In this document: positions 16,852 through 25,728 of the stretch, in pieces
Position numbering within the stretch: position 1 is the stretch's first letter
Layout: the number at the start of each line of letters is the position of its first letter
IMG/VR virus record: IMGVR_UViG_3300047387_000084
Span: 1-60,298 of that record
Direction: 5' to 3' (one strand)
Source of the DNA: a virus
Lineage: Duplodnaviria > Caudoviricetes
DNA: 60,298 nucleotides
Program-made: the position numbers and the translations under genes
Notes under the pieces: generated by a model
The model's database searches: none
What the model was told of the DNA's origin: nothing
What the model saw: the letters and a program-made list of their open reading frames with translations, nothing else

Positions 16852-19073
16852 TATTCTGATTCACGAAACTTCAAAGCCGCTTCCGCATCACGGATCGCTT
16901 GCTCTTGGTCGAACTTCTTCTGCTTAATAGCCATCTCAAGTTCAGCCTTCTGCTGTGCAATCTGCATATCGACTTGCGCCTTCTGTAGCTTCATATCTAC
17001 CTCAGATGCTTGAGGTTGTCCACCCTCTTCTTCAGAAATTTGCTGTTGTTCTCTCTGGATCTTCTCCAACGCCTTCATGGTGTTGTTGATCGCTTCCTCA
17101 GCATACTGTAGAATCTGCTTCGCGTTCGACACTACGGCCTCCAATGCGGGATCTCCAGCAGCGTATTGAGCGGTCTCAGCAATGTGCTGGTAAAGTGCCT
17201 GCAATGCCGGAAGAACCTGCTGTGGATCAGCCTGTCCTTCGTTGATGGCCTGAATGAACTGCTGCAACAACGGAACGTGTAGCTGCAAGTGCTGGCCATG
17301 TAGCTCGCTAGAGACAACCGGAACTGGCTGGCCTTGTTGCAATTGCTGGTTCTCAAGATAAGCGATCTTGGTGTCTACCGTTTGCCTGTCGTCTTCTTGC
17401 GCCGGAACGTAGCGATCCGCGAGGTCGTGACCGACACGAGTGCTAACGATGTCACGAGTAAGGTTGCGGCGACCAACGTCGTCGAATTGGCCACTAATTC
17501 CTTGAAGCTCGCGAAGCGAGACGAGTCTGTTTGCGTGCGATCCATTACCAATGGAACGAACTGCTTTGGTCTGTGCGACATCTAATTTCTTAATGAATTC
17601 TTTTTCTACGCCCCGCTTCTCACAACGGTCGAAGAAATCTTTAATCGCCGCATCAGGCCGCTTGACCTGAACAATACGGCGGACCATCTCGCGCATAAGG
17701 CGAGTCCAACTTGAGTAGAAGAGGTTTAGCGTTGAACCACTAATCCGTGTAGCCACATCCATGTCCGCCACAACCTGCATCTGGTTCTTGTATGGCGAAG
17801 TCTGGTTCGGTCCATACGGCGACATCGTGTCGGTGTTTAGCGAGAGCTGTTGCGTCAGATCCTGCAAGGCTGGCTGGACTGCCGTGCCTAAGTTAGGAAT
17901 AGCCTTCTCGACAATCTTTACGTTAGGTGACATCACTGCATATGCGCCGTAGAATGTGAAGCTGAGTTCGTCTAGAGAGCGTTGGTTCTCTGGCTGAATC
18001 ATAACAGCCGAAGCTAACATCGCGCCGTCAATCTGCTGGCAACGAAGCCTGTTACTTGTCTGAACGTGAGCGAAGATCCGCTGGCCGAGTCCTCTAATCG
18101 AATGATAAGTGCCGTTACTCCCGACTCCGTAGGTGAAGAAGATATAGGCTTGTTCAGGAGAGTCGTAGCGACTGATCTTCTTGTATAGGAAATCTTTAGG
18201 ACTAGACTCAGCGGAGATGTAGTGACTTACGCTACCGTCGATCTCCCGCACCCAGTAATGCAATACGTCAACGGTTGGGTTCTGGATGCCAGTGTAGAGA
18301 TCGTTGTTCTTGATCTCAGCCTGCAATGCCTCGTAGTCAGAATATGTGTTGCCAGACGTATAGGCGCGGCCCGAAGTCTTGACGTTCTCCATCATGACTC
18401 GCTTGACCTCTGCTACGTTCCAGCCGACCGCTTTAGCGGCTTTCTCGTTCTTAATGAAGTGGTATAGCTCGTGTAACTGATATTGGCGGCGACCTACAGC
18501 GATGTCGATACCATTCTCCGAAGCGGCTGACTGTCGCGGAATAAGTATGTCAGCGAAACCGCCGACACGGAACTTCCAGTCTTCCGGTGAGTCGAAGTAG
18601 GCAATACCTACGCCGTGCTTGATGAACTGCGTGCAAAGACGAAGGTAGCTACTGTGGAACTCTGGCCAGCGGCGGAAGAGGTTTGTCAGCTCTTCCGCTA
18701 CGATGTCCTCCTTTGGCTTTGTCTCGCTTCTCTCGCCCGTTGTAGCCTTTACCTCCACTAGCTTCTCTAAAGAGCTGTAGAGGTCAACGTAGGCCGAAAG
18801 AGAGATGTCTAGCAAACGCTGGGCTTCGCCGAAGTTCAAGTTGGTCTTGAGTCCCTGACCACTAGCCGCTAACTGTGATTGGCTGTATGGGGCATTGCCG
18901 TCAAACATACTGTCAATCCGAGAACGGTTAACAGCGGACTTCTCATCAGCGCGGAGCAAGGTTGCAAAGATGCCTATAGCTGCTTTTACATCCTTGAGAC
19001 GTGTTTCAACAGGCTTACCCTTCTCATCAAGGCTCCCTAAGTCGAGGCCGTCTAAGTCAATTAAGTTTGACAT
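16851..19073 (-). CDS. Portal protein
   Basis: About 740 aa, helical, Gln-rich C-terminal coiled coil as in P22-like portals, upstream of scaffold and capsid; start refined to the ATG at 19073. Confidence 0.75.
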   Translation of the reverse strand: MSNLIDLDGLDLGSLDEKGKPVETRLKDVKAAIGIFATLLRADEKSAVNRSRIDSMFDGNAPYSQSQLAASGQGLKTNLNFGEAQRLLDISLSAYVDLYSSLEKLVEVKATTGERSETKPKEDIVAEELTNLFRRWPEFHSSYLRLCTQFIKHGVGIAYFDSPEDWKFRVGGFADILIPRQSAASENGIDIAVGRRQYQLHELYHFIKNEKAAKAVGWNVAEVKRVMMENVKTSGRAYTSGNTYSDYEALQAEIKNNDLYTGIQNPTVDVLHYWVREIDGSVSHYISAESSPKDFLYKKISRYDSPEQAYIFFTYGVGSNGTYHSIRGLGQRIFAHVQTSNRLRCQQIDGAMLASAVMIQPENQRSLDELSFTFYGAYAVMSPNVKIVEKAIPNLGTAVQPALQDLTQQLSLNTDTMSPYGPNQTSPYKNQMQVVADMDVATRISGSTLNLFYSSWTRLMREMVRRIVQVKRPDAAIKDFFDRCEKRGVEKEFIKKLDVAQTKAVRSIGNGSHANRLVSLRELQGISGQFDDVGRRNLTRDIVSTRVGHDLADRYVPAQEDDRQTVDTKIAYLENQQLQQGQPVPVVSSELHGQHLQLHVPLLQQFIQAINEGQADPQQVLPALQALYQHIAETAQYAAGDPALEAVVSNAKQILQYAEEAINNTMKALEKIQREQQQISEEEGGQPQASEVDMKLQKAQVDMQIAQQKAELEMAIKQKKFDQEQAIRDAEAALKFRESE

Positions 19074-19081
19074 ACTTGGCG

Positions 19082-19110
19082 AGTATATTGAATTGACAGG
19101 CAATGTCAAT
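19082..19110 (-). promoter_or_regulatory. Portal promoter with an inverted repeat over the -35 box
   Basis: TTGACA-16 nt-TATACT, ATG 8 nt later; ATTGACA-n5-TGTCAAT palindrome. Confidence 0.7.
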
Positions 19111-19546
19111 CATTGGGGTAAGCCTCCTCCATGATCTTCTCCATGCGAACCCAGTGGGCGCGACCGTCTTGTGTGCGGAGGCGAGCATACTCCTTTTCTC
19201 CGAAGTCCTTAGTGTTCACTAAAAAAGGATGGCCCCTATACCGCTTACCAGTATTCCGGTATTTCCAAACCGCACCGTAAGGCGTTACCTTGTAATCGGG
19301 GTAACCTGCGACTACGACAAACTCCTCATCTGGTAGTCCATACCGAACTACAGAGGGGTTGTTGTGGTTTACCCTCCTATACACACCACCATCGTCAGTA
19401 ACAAAAGAGTGGTATTTTAGGTTTTGCCAATACCGCTTTATCTTTTTGTCGGTTTTGAGGTTGAATATGTAATTATCATCGGTCAAAGCGTAATGTGATG
19501 CGCCTTCGATGGGCTTCCAGTTTTTCGGTATCTTGTAATCGATCAT
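19106..19546 (-). CDS. Tandem NUMOD4-like protein without an HNH active site
   Basis: WKPIEGASHYALTDDNYIFN and FVVVAGYPDYKVTPYGAVW units. Confidence 0.6.
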   Translation of the reverse strand: MIDYKIPKNWKPIEGASHYALTDDNYIFNLKTDKKIKRYWQNLKYHSFVTDDGGVYRRVNHNNPSVVRYGLPDEEFVVVAGYPDYKVTPYGAVWKYRNTGKRYRGHPFLVNTKDFGEKEYARLRTQDGRAHWVRMEKIMEEAYPND

Positions 19547-19560
19547 ATCTAAAGGGGTAA

Positions 19561-19637
19561 AAAAAACTTTTCTCTGAGGCTCTTAGTACTCTATAATATA
19601 TTATACAGTACTAAAGGCCTAGAAGAAAAGTTTTTTA
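19561..19637. repeat. ~76 bp imperfect palindrome, copy 1
   Basis: AAAAACTTTT..TTAGTACT-C-TATAATATATTATA-C-AGTACTAA..AAAAGTTTTT; near-identical to 40595-40670. Confidence 0.95.
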
Positions 19638-19895
19638 TTGGGTTTTGAGTGCCGCTTTTCTAGCACTACGTTTAGCCATGATTTTAGCTCTGTTTTTATG
19701 GTAATACTCTTTGTTGTAGTTACTTACACGTTTTTTGAACGCCTCATATTCCTCTGGTTCAAGGACTTTGCTTATCTCCAACTTCCGAGAATAGCTGTAT
19801 TTCGTCTTCCGGTAGTAATCATTTTGGTAATCGAGACGCTTTTCCCGATTCTTTAAATAGTATTCTTTTTTCTTTTTCGGGTCGTATTGGGCCAT
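19635..19895 (-). CDS. Small basic helical protein (KEYYxKNR repeats)
   Basis: Lys/Tyr-rich repeats like those N-terminal to phage HNH nucleases. Confidence 0.65.
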   Translation of the reverse strand: MAQYDPKKKKEYYLKNREKRLDYQNDYYRKTKYSYSRKLEISKVLEPEEYEAFKKRVSNYNKEYYHKNRAKIMAKRSARKAALKTQ

Positions 19896-19900
19896 AGCCG

Positions 19901-19929
19901 ACTCTATCCGATAGCTGGACCTTCGTCAA
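19901..19929 (-). promoter_or_regulatory. Sigma70-type promoter, probably leaderless
   Basis: TTGACG-17 nt-TAGAGT, ATG 5 nt later. Confidence 0.65.
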
Positions 19930-19939
19930 TTTTTTTCTA

Positions 19940-20240
19940 AACATAGATATATACATGTGCCAGCTCGCGCAAAAAAGCGCACCCCCACCCGTGGCGTATC
20001 ACGTATCACGTATCACGAACCCTGATCCATGAACTCTGTTCATGGTTCAGGAAAAATGTTTAGGGATTCGGGGTTCACCCTTCGGGTGAAGGCTCTTCAG
20101 GAGAGATTCCGTTGGAATGTCGATTGAACCCCGAATCCCGTATCCCTATGCACGAATCCGTGTGCATGTATACGTGTGCATGTATAGGCGCAGCGCGCAC
20201 AGTCATCGAAGATGACGAGAGGATGAGTCGATGGCCTTAG
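19940..20240. other. Structured non-coding region at the strand switch (candidate genome end/origin/early control region)
   Basis: (CGTATCA)x3, several hairpins, 15-bp inverted repeat, (GTGTGCATGTATA)x2. Confidence 0.6.
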
Positions 20241-20243
20241 AGG

Positions 20244-20711
20244 GTGATGACAACAAACAACAATACAAAAACTAGGTTTATTAAAAACAGTTGGATTAGA
20301 AACGGTGACATAATCGTCAATGACAGATTGAGGGTTAGAGGCTTCACCCGAAAAGGGGAACTATTGTTTCACGAAACAATAAGCCGTAGAACCCTTCCTT
20401 CACGGAGGGTGCATGACCACCTAGCGAACAAGGTATCTCTCGGTAGAGAGATAAGTAAGATGGCTGAAAACAACAAAGTTGCTATCGTTCATGGTGGGAG
20501 AGACTGCGACGGAGTCGAAACCAACGGTCTCGTATCCATTCTTCCAGCCACCATCTCTCATGTTGAGAGATGGATCACTGAACTGTTTGAATGGTCCGAA
20601 GGACCAACTTGGTGGGAGTTTGAAACTCCCACAAAGGCTAAGAAGATTGAGCAGTCTCATAGAGACAGAGTCATGGAAGCCCACGAGGACGGCCACGCTT
20701 GGAGCATCTAA
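20244..20711 (+). CDS. Early hypothetical protein
   Basis: First + strand ORF; C-terminal GRDCDG...EGP...EDGH region. Confidence 0.65.
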   Translation: MMTTNNNTKTRFIKNSWIRNGDIIVNDRLRVRGFTRKGELLFHETISRRTLPSRRVHDHLANKVSLGREISKMAENNKVAIVHGGRDCDGVETNGLVSILPATISHVERWITELFEWSEGPTWWEFETPTKAKKIEQSHRDRVMEAHEDGHAWSI

Positions 20712-20730
20712 ACCCCAACCATAACAAGTT

Positions 20731-21084
20731 ATGACTGAATTAGAAAACGAATATTACGAAGTAATCGTAGAAACCAACCAGACACTAGAAGACCTAAGAT
20801 CTTATCTTAGTTCTTCTAAGTTTAGAAATGATACGAAGGTGCAAGTAAGCGATGTCCTACGTTATCTAGATAACGTAGATATTGACCTTGAATCCCTTGA
20901 TCCAGAAGCTGAGTGGAACAAGCGTAAGCTTGAATTTCCCTTCCTTCCGCAGCCTCTTCGGAGGCTGAATGCCAGAATCCTCTCCTTCATACTTAGGAAG
21001 CCGTTTGGAAAACGACACCGCCATGAAGAGACGATCACCTACAAGCTAGTGGACACAGTCCACTTTAATCACCTGATCGCCTGA
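20731..21084 (+). CDS. Early hypothetical protein
   Basis: Preceded by the conserved start-associated palindrome. Confidence 0.7.
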   Translation: MTELENEYYEVIVETNQTLEDLRSYLSSSKFRNDTKVQVSDVLRYLDNVDIDLESLDPEAEWNKRKLEFPFLPQPLRRLNARILSFILRKPFGKRHRHEETITYKLVDTVHFNHLIA

Positions 21085-21090
21085 TCCTGC

Positions 21091-21133
21091 AGCCTGCCCG
21101 CTGCTCCCTTTTAAAGGGAGTGGCTGGACGGCT
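21091..21133 (+). other. Long intergenic hairpin
   Basis: GCTGCTCCCT-TTTAA-AGGGAGTGGC core, extendable, no U-tract. Confidence 0.6.
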
Positions 21134-21159
21134 CGATAGCCTTAAGAATTGAAACCAAA

Positions 21160-22395
21160 ATGAAAGTCCGAATCTACTTCAACCTCCACCGTAAATGCCT
21201 CTCTGTCCAAACCCAAACGCCTAAAGGATGGCGTGTTTGGAAGCATATGTCCGAGGCTCATCTTGAGAACGTCACCTTTAAAGTCAGCGAAGCTGGTCGG
21301 CAAAGGGTCTTGCGAGAGGGCAAGAAGAACGTCCATGCCTACATCATCGGCGATCTTGTCGATGGTAAGCCCCTCACCGAAGGTGAGACTGTAACTTACA
21401 ACCCCTATAAGTTCTCGTCCTTTGTCCTAAAGGACACTGAAGCTCCAATCCACAAAGCTGATAAGCTTTCTATCGTCGGAAGGACGATCACGATTCCAAA
21501 ACCAAAAACCATGACTACTACCGTAAAACATAAAACCCTGATAGCCTTCTCTCAAGCTGCCTTGGCAGCAACCAAAGAAGGAAAGACTGTGGCTATGCCA
21601 CAAGAAATCAAGACTGCCAGTAAGCATTGGCAGAATTGCTTTGCAAACTTTATCCTGTGGCAGCATTCCCTTGTCACTAGTGACGAAGCCGGAATCGCCA
21701 TTGGTGTGAAAGGCAAAGCCTTCGCCGCGAATGGTAACAAGAAACTACCGTTTCTAAGCTGGTCTTCCATGCCACTCATGGACTGCGGCGGAGCCGGAGA
21801 ATGCAAGAACTTCTGCTACAGCCTGAAAGGCTGGAGGAATGTCCACCCTTTCTTCCGCCAACTTCGCAACAGTCTCTTACAGAGATTCCGGTTTGATCTT
21901 GTCCAAGCAGAGCTTGACCGTGTCTTACAGACAAAGCAATTCAAGTCACAATCGAAGATTGACTTCCGACTCTTCGTAGACGGTGACTTCGACTCTGTCG
22001 AAACGGTAGACAAGTGGATGTCCTTACTTCGTAACAAGCCGATCTTGAAAGCCTACGGCTACAGCAAAAGCTGGGAAGAACTTGCCAGTTTCACTGGAGA
22101 GTGGCCTACAAACTACCGTTTGAATCTCTCAAATGGCAGTCGATTCAATGAGAACAGCGGGATTGCAAGACGTGTTCTTGCCTTGCCGATCACGAGAGGA
22201 TGGTTCAAAGCAATCGGCTCCAAAGGAGGGGTCGAATACAATACGACAGAATACAGACAGAAGGCGCGAGAATACGCCAAAGAGGCGGGATTAAAGCGTG
22301 TCTTCGTATGTTCTGGTCTCTGCGGTGAATGCACTCCACAAGGCCACTTCTGTGGCTCAGATAACAAAGCTGACGTAGTCATCCTGACTCACTAA
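21160..22395 (+). CDS. Fusion of a small conserved phage domain and a Gp88-like Cys-rich domain
   Basis: N-terminal YFNLH..GRQRVLREGKKNVHA; C-terminal GNKK..C-x5-C-x3-CY..R...GDF..YSK..NLS..C-x3-C-x2-C. Confidence 0.65.
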   Translation: MKVRIYFNLHRKCLSVQTQTPKGWRVWKHMSEAHLENVTFKVSEAGRQRVLREGKKNVHAYIIGDLVDGKPLTEGETVTYNPYKFSSFVLKDTEAPIHKADKLSIVGRTITIPKPKTMTTTVKHKTLIAFSQAALAATKEGKTVAMPQEIKTASKHWQNCFANFILWQHSLVTSDEAGIAIGVKGKAFAANGNKKLPFLSWSSMPLMDCGGAGECKNFCYSLKGWRNVHPFFRQLRNSLLQRFRFDLVQAELDRVLQTKQFKSQSKIDFRLFVDGDFDSVETVDKWMSLLRNKPILKAYGYSKSWEELASFTGEWPTNYRLNLSNGSRFNENSGIARRVLALPITRGWFKAIGSKGGVEYNTTEYRQKAREYAKEAGLKRVFVCSGLCGECTPQGHFCGSDNKADVVILTH

Positions 22396-22428
22396 TCCCG
22401 AACCACTAAACCCAAACCATAATAAATT

Positions 22429-22749
22429 ATGACAACAGACGTAAAAGAGAACAGAACACTAGCAGCACTCAGCAACCTTCTAGGTTGTAGGGTAGAGGAA
22501 ATACTCGGAGACCTCCCCCCATTGGGGGAGGCAGGAGAAGTCAGACTCCCTATAGAGACTCTGTCTCACGATGAGGAGAGATTTACGGTGACAGAGGATG
22601 TATATTTAAACTTCAACCGTCTCCCGTCCGGTCGGATAGGTCGGTGGAGGATGACATCCATCGACGCAGACGAAAGCTCCCCCACCTTTGGGGAGCGCAT
22701 TATCGCCACTGGCAAAGGTCAGTTCAAAACCACTCAATTCAAATTATAA
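22429..22749 (+). CDS. Early hypothetical protein
   Basis: Start-associated palindrome variant. Confidence 0.65.
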   Translation: MTTDVKENRTLAALSNLLGCRVEEILGDLPPLGEAGEVRLPIETLSHDEERFTVTEDVYLNFNRLPSGRIGRWRMTSIDADESSPTFGERIIATGKGQFKTTQFKL

Positions 22750-22775
22750 CCCCGAACCCCGAACCCCGACCAAAA

Positions 22776-23006
22776 ATGAAAACAATTAAAGTAACGACAT
22801 TAATCTTCAAGACTGATCCCAATACGCTGGATCGCTTAATGGATGACTATTCCGATAGCGGGTATGTGAATACCTGCGGTGGTGACATCATCATCGATCT
22901 CACCTACATCGAAGATGACCCCGACCAGTTCGCTCACTTCAGTGAGATCACTAGCCTCTCTAAAAGTGACGTTGAAGGTGCGAGCTATGTGTGCTGCTAC
23001 GCCTAA
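22776..23006 (+). CDS. Early acidic hypothetical protein
   Basis: ATG at 22776 after (AACCCCG)x3. Confidence 0.6.
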   Translation: MKTIKVTTLIFKTDPNTLDRLMDDYSDSGYVNTCGGDIIIDLTYIEDDPDQFAHFSEITSLSKSDVEGASYVCCYA

Positions 23007-23025
23007 CCCCGAACCATAACAAGTT

Positions 23026-23208
23026 ATGACAATAGAAGTAATCCAGAAAGACGTGTACGGAAACACGCTGACATATGTGGCAGATGCCGCAGTGCAGCGA
23101 TCCATACAGAAGCTGACAGGACGAAAGTCCTTGACCGATGGTGACATCCAAGCTCTAAAGGAGTTAGGTTTCACCTTTAGATTAAAAATAATGACCGTAT
23201 CAATATGA
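23026..23208 (+). CDS. Early hypothetical protein (60 aa)
   Basis: VYGN..Y...LTGRKSLT...ALKELGF; start-associated palindrome. Confidence 0.7.
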   Translation: MTIEVIQKDVYGNTLTYVADAAVQRSIQKLTGRKSLTDGDIQALKELGFTFRLKIMTVSI

Positions 23209-23435
23209 GTAAGAATGTATATGAATGGGGCCTGACTTTAAAGTCGGGCGTTGAAATTGTCTCTCCTGAGTTGGCGAAGCTCGCCCCGTGGAGGGAGGAA
23301 GCTACAAGCCTGTATCTAGCCTGCGATACCTTTATCAAAGGCTATCTAGTCTCCCGTAGTTTGGCATACTCAAACGGCGATTACCTCGCCCAAGTGCCAG
23401 ATAAATTCCAATTGGAGTGGGAATCTAACCTATAA
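23205..23435 (+). CDS. Early hypothetical protein
   Basis: ATGA overlap with the previous stop. Confidence 0.55.
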   Translation: MSKNVYEWGLTLKSGVEIVSPELAKLAPWREEATSLYLACDTFIKGYLVSRSLAYSNGDYLAQVPDKFQLEWESNL

Positions 23436-23441
23436 CAAGTT

Positions 23442-23567
23442 ATGACATATAGACAACTAACGTGGACAATCGTCGGATTCATTCCGGCGGTTGCCGCCCT
23501 GCATGCCATCGGCATTGACACAATCGTCCGAGCCGTGATCCAACTGCTATTTAATGCTTTTGGGTAA
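23442..23567 (+). CDS. Small hydrophobic protein (41 aa)
   Basis: MTYRQLTWTIVGFIPAVAALHAIGID...; start-associated palindrome; below the ORF-track cutoff. Confidence 0.55.
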   Translation: MTYRQLTWTIVGFIPAVAALHAIGIDTIVRAVIQLLFNAFG

Positions 23568-23588
23568 TAAACAATAACCAAATAAAAT

Positions 23589-24305
23589 ATGACTATGAGT
23601 ATGAAACTCCACCAAATACACGGGAAGAACCGCTACTGCGGACCCGCCGCCATCTCCGCAATCACCGGAGCATCCACGGATGACGCAGCCTACGCCATCC
23701 GTTGCCGATCAGGACAGAGATTCGTCAAAGGATCTGAAGACCGCCATGTCTTAGAAGCCCTCCTCGAATCAGGAGTATTCGCCGAAAGGGCCTACTCCGC
23801 CCCGACAGGCAAAGGTTTGACCTTCGCCCAATGGCGTAGACACAGCAAAGGAGATCGTAAGGCTGGTGTGGTCTTTCTCGTCATCGCTGGCAACCATTAT
23901 CAGGTAGTGTCAGGACGTAGAGCGACCTGCGGGAGGCTTCGTGAGATTGTGAGCATCGCTGACAAACGTCTCAAGCAGCGTGCTAGAGTATGTGCAGTGT
24001 GGAAGCTGATTGCGCCCTCCAAAATCACACCTCCAGTCCAGCCTAAACGGACGAAGGACCGCCATGCCAGTGCAAGAGCGAAAGCTCGACGGCTTGCGAA
24101 GAAGCATGGGTGCCTGATCGATGTCGAATACATGGGGTCAGCTTATGAAACTGACTATTGGGTGTATGGCCCTGACCATGTGGAAGCGGACAAGGACTAC
24201 CCATACGAAGGTGATCACATCTGCTACCACTGGGAAGATGTTGTTGAGCGGATCGAGGACATCGCCAAGTTTGAAGCTAGCATGGCTAAACCACTAAAAG
24301 TTTAA
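23589..24305 (+). CDS. C39-like (papain-fold) peptidase-domain protein
   Basis: YCGPAAISA and LVIAGNHYQVV. Confidence 0.55.
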   Translation: MTMSMKLHQIHGKNRYCGPAAISAITGASTDDAAYAIRCRSGQRFVKGSEDRHVLEALLESGVFAERAYSAPTGKGLTFAQWRRHSKGDRKAGVVFLVIAGNHYQVVSGRRATCGRLREIVSIADKRLKQRARVCAVWKLIAPSKITPPVQPKRTKDRHASARAKARRLAKKHGCLIDVEYMGSAYETDYWVYGPDHVEADKDYPYEGDHICYHWEDVVERIEDIAKFEASMAKPLKV

Positions 24306-24322
24306 AAAGTGGTGAAAAGAAG

Positions 24323-24411
24323 TTGACTGCCTGCCAGATAAGTGGCAGCTTGCCCCCGTCGGTCCTACCACAACGGTAGGGCCGTAGGGGACCAGAAGGT
24401 CCGAATAAACC
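24323..24411 (+). promoter_or_regulatory. Possible promoter plus structured leader
   Basis: TTGACT-17 nt-CAGCTT, then hairpins CGGTCCTACC-ACAAC-GGTAGGGCCG and GGACC-AGAA-GGTCC. Confidence 0.45.
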
Positions 24412-24434
24412 AAAACCAAATAGAAAATAACATT

Positions 24435-25460
24435 ATGTCTGGAATTAAAGAAATCGATAGCGTCCTCATCCCACAAGGTTCCGAATACCGTATGTATCAC
24501 GGTTTGGAGAAGGAGTCTGAAGGCGAGTTCATCACGCCCCGTGATGCGAAGGAGAACGGAGTGTTCTTCCCGATCAGGATGGCAGATGTGTATGCCACCA
24601 TCAATGGGGAGTCGATCCCGCTCGACAACCACAAGCACCTCATGGCAGATACTGCTGATGGTCTTGTGCCACTGCACATGGCGACGAAGAAGTATCAAAA
24701 GATCGAGAATGAGACCTTCGCGAGACCCGTTGTGAATGCCCTCAGACAGTCTGCGCCGGACTCGAAACTGTCCGCGATGGGGACTCTGAACGGTCTCAAG
24801 ACATTCTTCATGAGCTTCAAGATGGACGATCACACCATCAATGGTGAGAAGCATAGTGGCTACCTCAACGTAGTAGGGGGACACAACGGAACTGCGAACC
24901 GTGTGTTCCTGTCGGACTTGCGCTTGTGCTGCTCTAACAGCATCCACGCTGCCCTCGCTGGCAGTAAAGGATACATCGACCTAAAGGTCACCCACAGTGG
25001 CAACGTGGACATCAAGTGTGCCGATCTCACGAAGGACATCACTGGCCTGATCGAGCAGCGGAAACACTTCGCCGAAGCGATGGGGATCCTAGCCACTCAG
25101 AAGGTGGTCGAGCAGGACATCTCAGCTATCGCTGCTGGATACTTCATCAAGAGTGCTGGCAAGGTGGACAAGTTCTCAACCCGAACCCTGAATGCCGTAT
25201 CCGGTATCACGGATCTCGCAATCAGAGGCAGGGGTAACAGTGGCGAGACCATGTATGACGTTCTCAACGGAGCGACCGAATACTGGACATCCGGTGACGG
25301 TGTAGGGCGTGATACGTCTAGCTCTGCCAAGGCATACTCCAGTGAGTACGGCACTGCTGCGAAGCATAAGGTGAACTTCGCTGACTACCTGCTCACCTCA
25401 CATGATGAGTCCTCTATCGAGGAAGGCCATCGTGTTCTCACTGCTACCCTCAATGGCTAG
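24435..25460 (+). CDS. DUF932-like protein
   Basis: KYQKIEN, GTLNG, HNG, RLCCSNS, HSG and YDVLNGATEY motifs; start refined to 24435. Confidence 0.75.
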   Translation: MSGIKEIDSVLIPQGSEYRMYHGLEKESEGEFITPRDAKENGVFFPIRMADVYATINGESIPLDNHKHLMADTADGLVPLHMATKKYQKIENETFARPVVNALRQSAPDSKLSAMGTLNGLKTFFMSFKMDDHTINGEKHSGYLNVVGGHNGTANRVFLSDLRLCCSNSIHAALAGSKGYIDLKVTHSGNVDIKCADLTKDITGLIEQRKHFAEAMGILATQKVVEQDISAIAAGYFIKSAGKVDKFSTRTLNAVSGITDLAIRGRGNSGETMYDVLNGATEYWTSGDGVGRDTSSSAKAYSSEYGTAAKHKVNFADYLLTSHDESSIEEGHRVLTATLNG

Positions 25461-25461
25461 T

Positions 25462-25513
25462 GATTCTTGATACACTGCCCCTTCCCGTCGGAGGGGGCAG
25501 CAATCAGGAATTA
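25462..25513 (+). other. Long intergenic hairpin (terminator or processing site)
   Basis: ATTCTTGAT..CTGCCCCTT...AGGGGGCAG..ATCAGGAAT. Confidence 0.6.
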
Positions 25514-25536
25514 ACCTGAGACTGAATAAAGAAAAT

Positions 25537-25728
25537 ATGACTGATATAAATGACCTGATCATCGCTTTGCGAAGCCAATCAAATACCTACGAAAAGTTGC
25601 TGGAGAAGAAAATAAAAATGGAGCAAGAATTGGGGCGGCTCCAAGATGAGACCATCGACTGCCGCCGCGCTCTCACTGTCCTGCAACAGACCCTCGAATC
25701 CCGATTCTCTGACTTAGATGAAAAATGA
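25537..25728 (+). CDS. Small coiled-coil protein
   Basis: Heptad pattern, A-rich start context. Confidence 0.6.
   Translation: MTDINDLIIALRSQSNTYEKLLEKKIKMEQELGRLQDETIDCRRALTVLQQTLESRFSDLDEK

Noticed and set aside
19561-19637. N15-like linear plasmid-prophage telomere
   Set aside because: No protelomerase or partition genes recognised, and there are two copies rather than one; kept only as a formal resemblance
20062-20140. tRNA in the cloverleaf region
   Set aside because: No T-loop or D-loop consensus, wrong stem lengths, no CCA end
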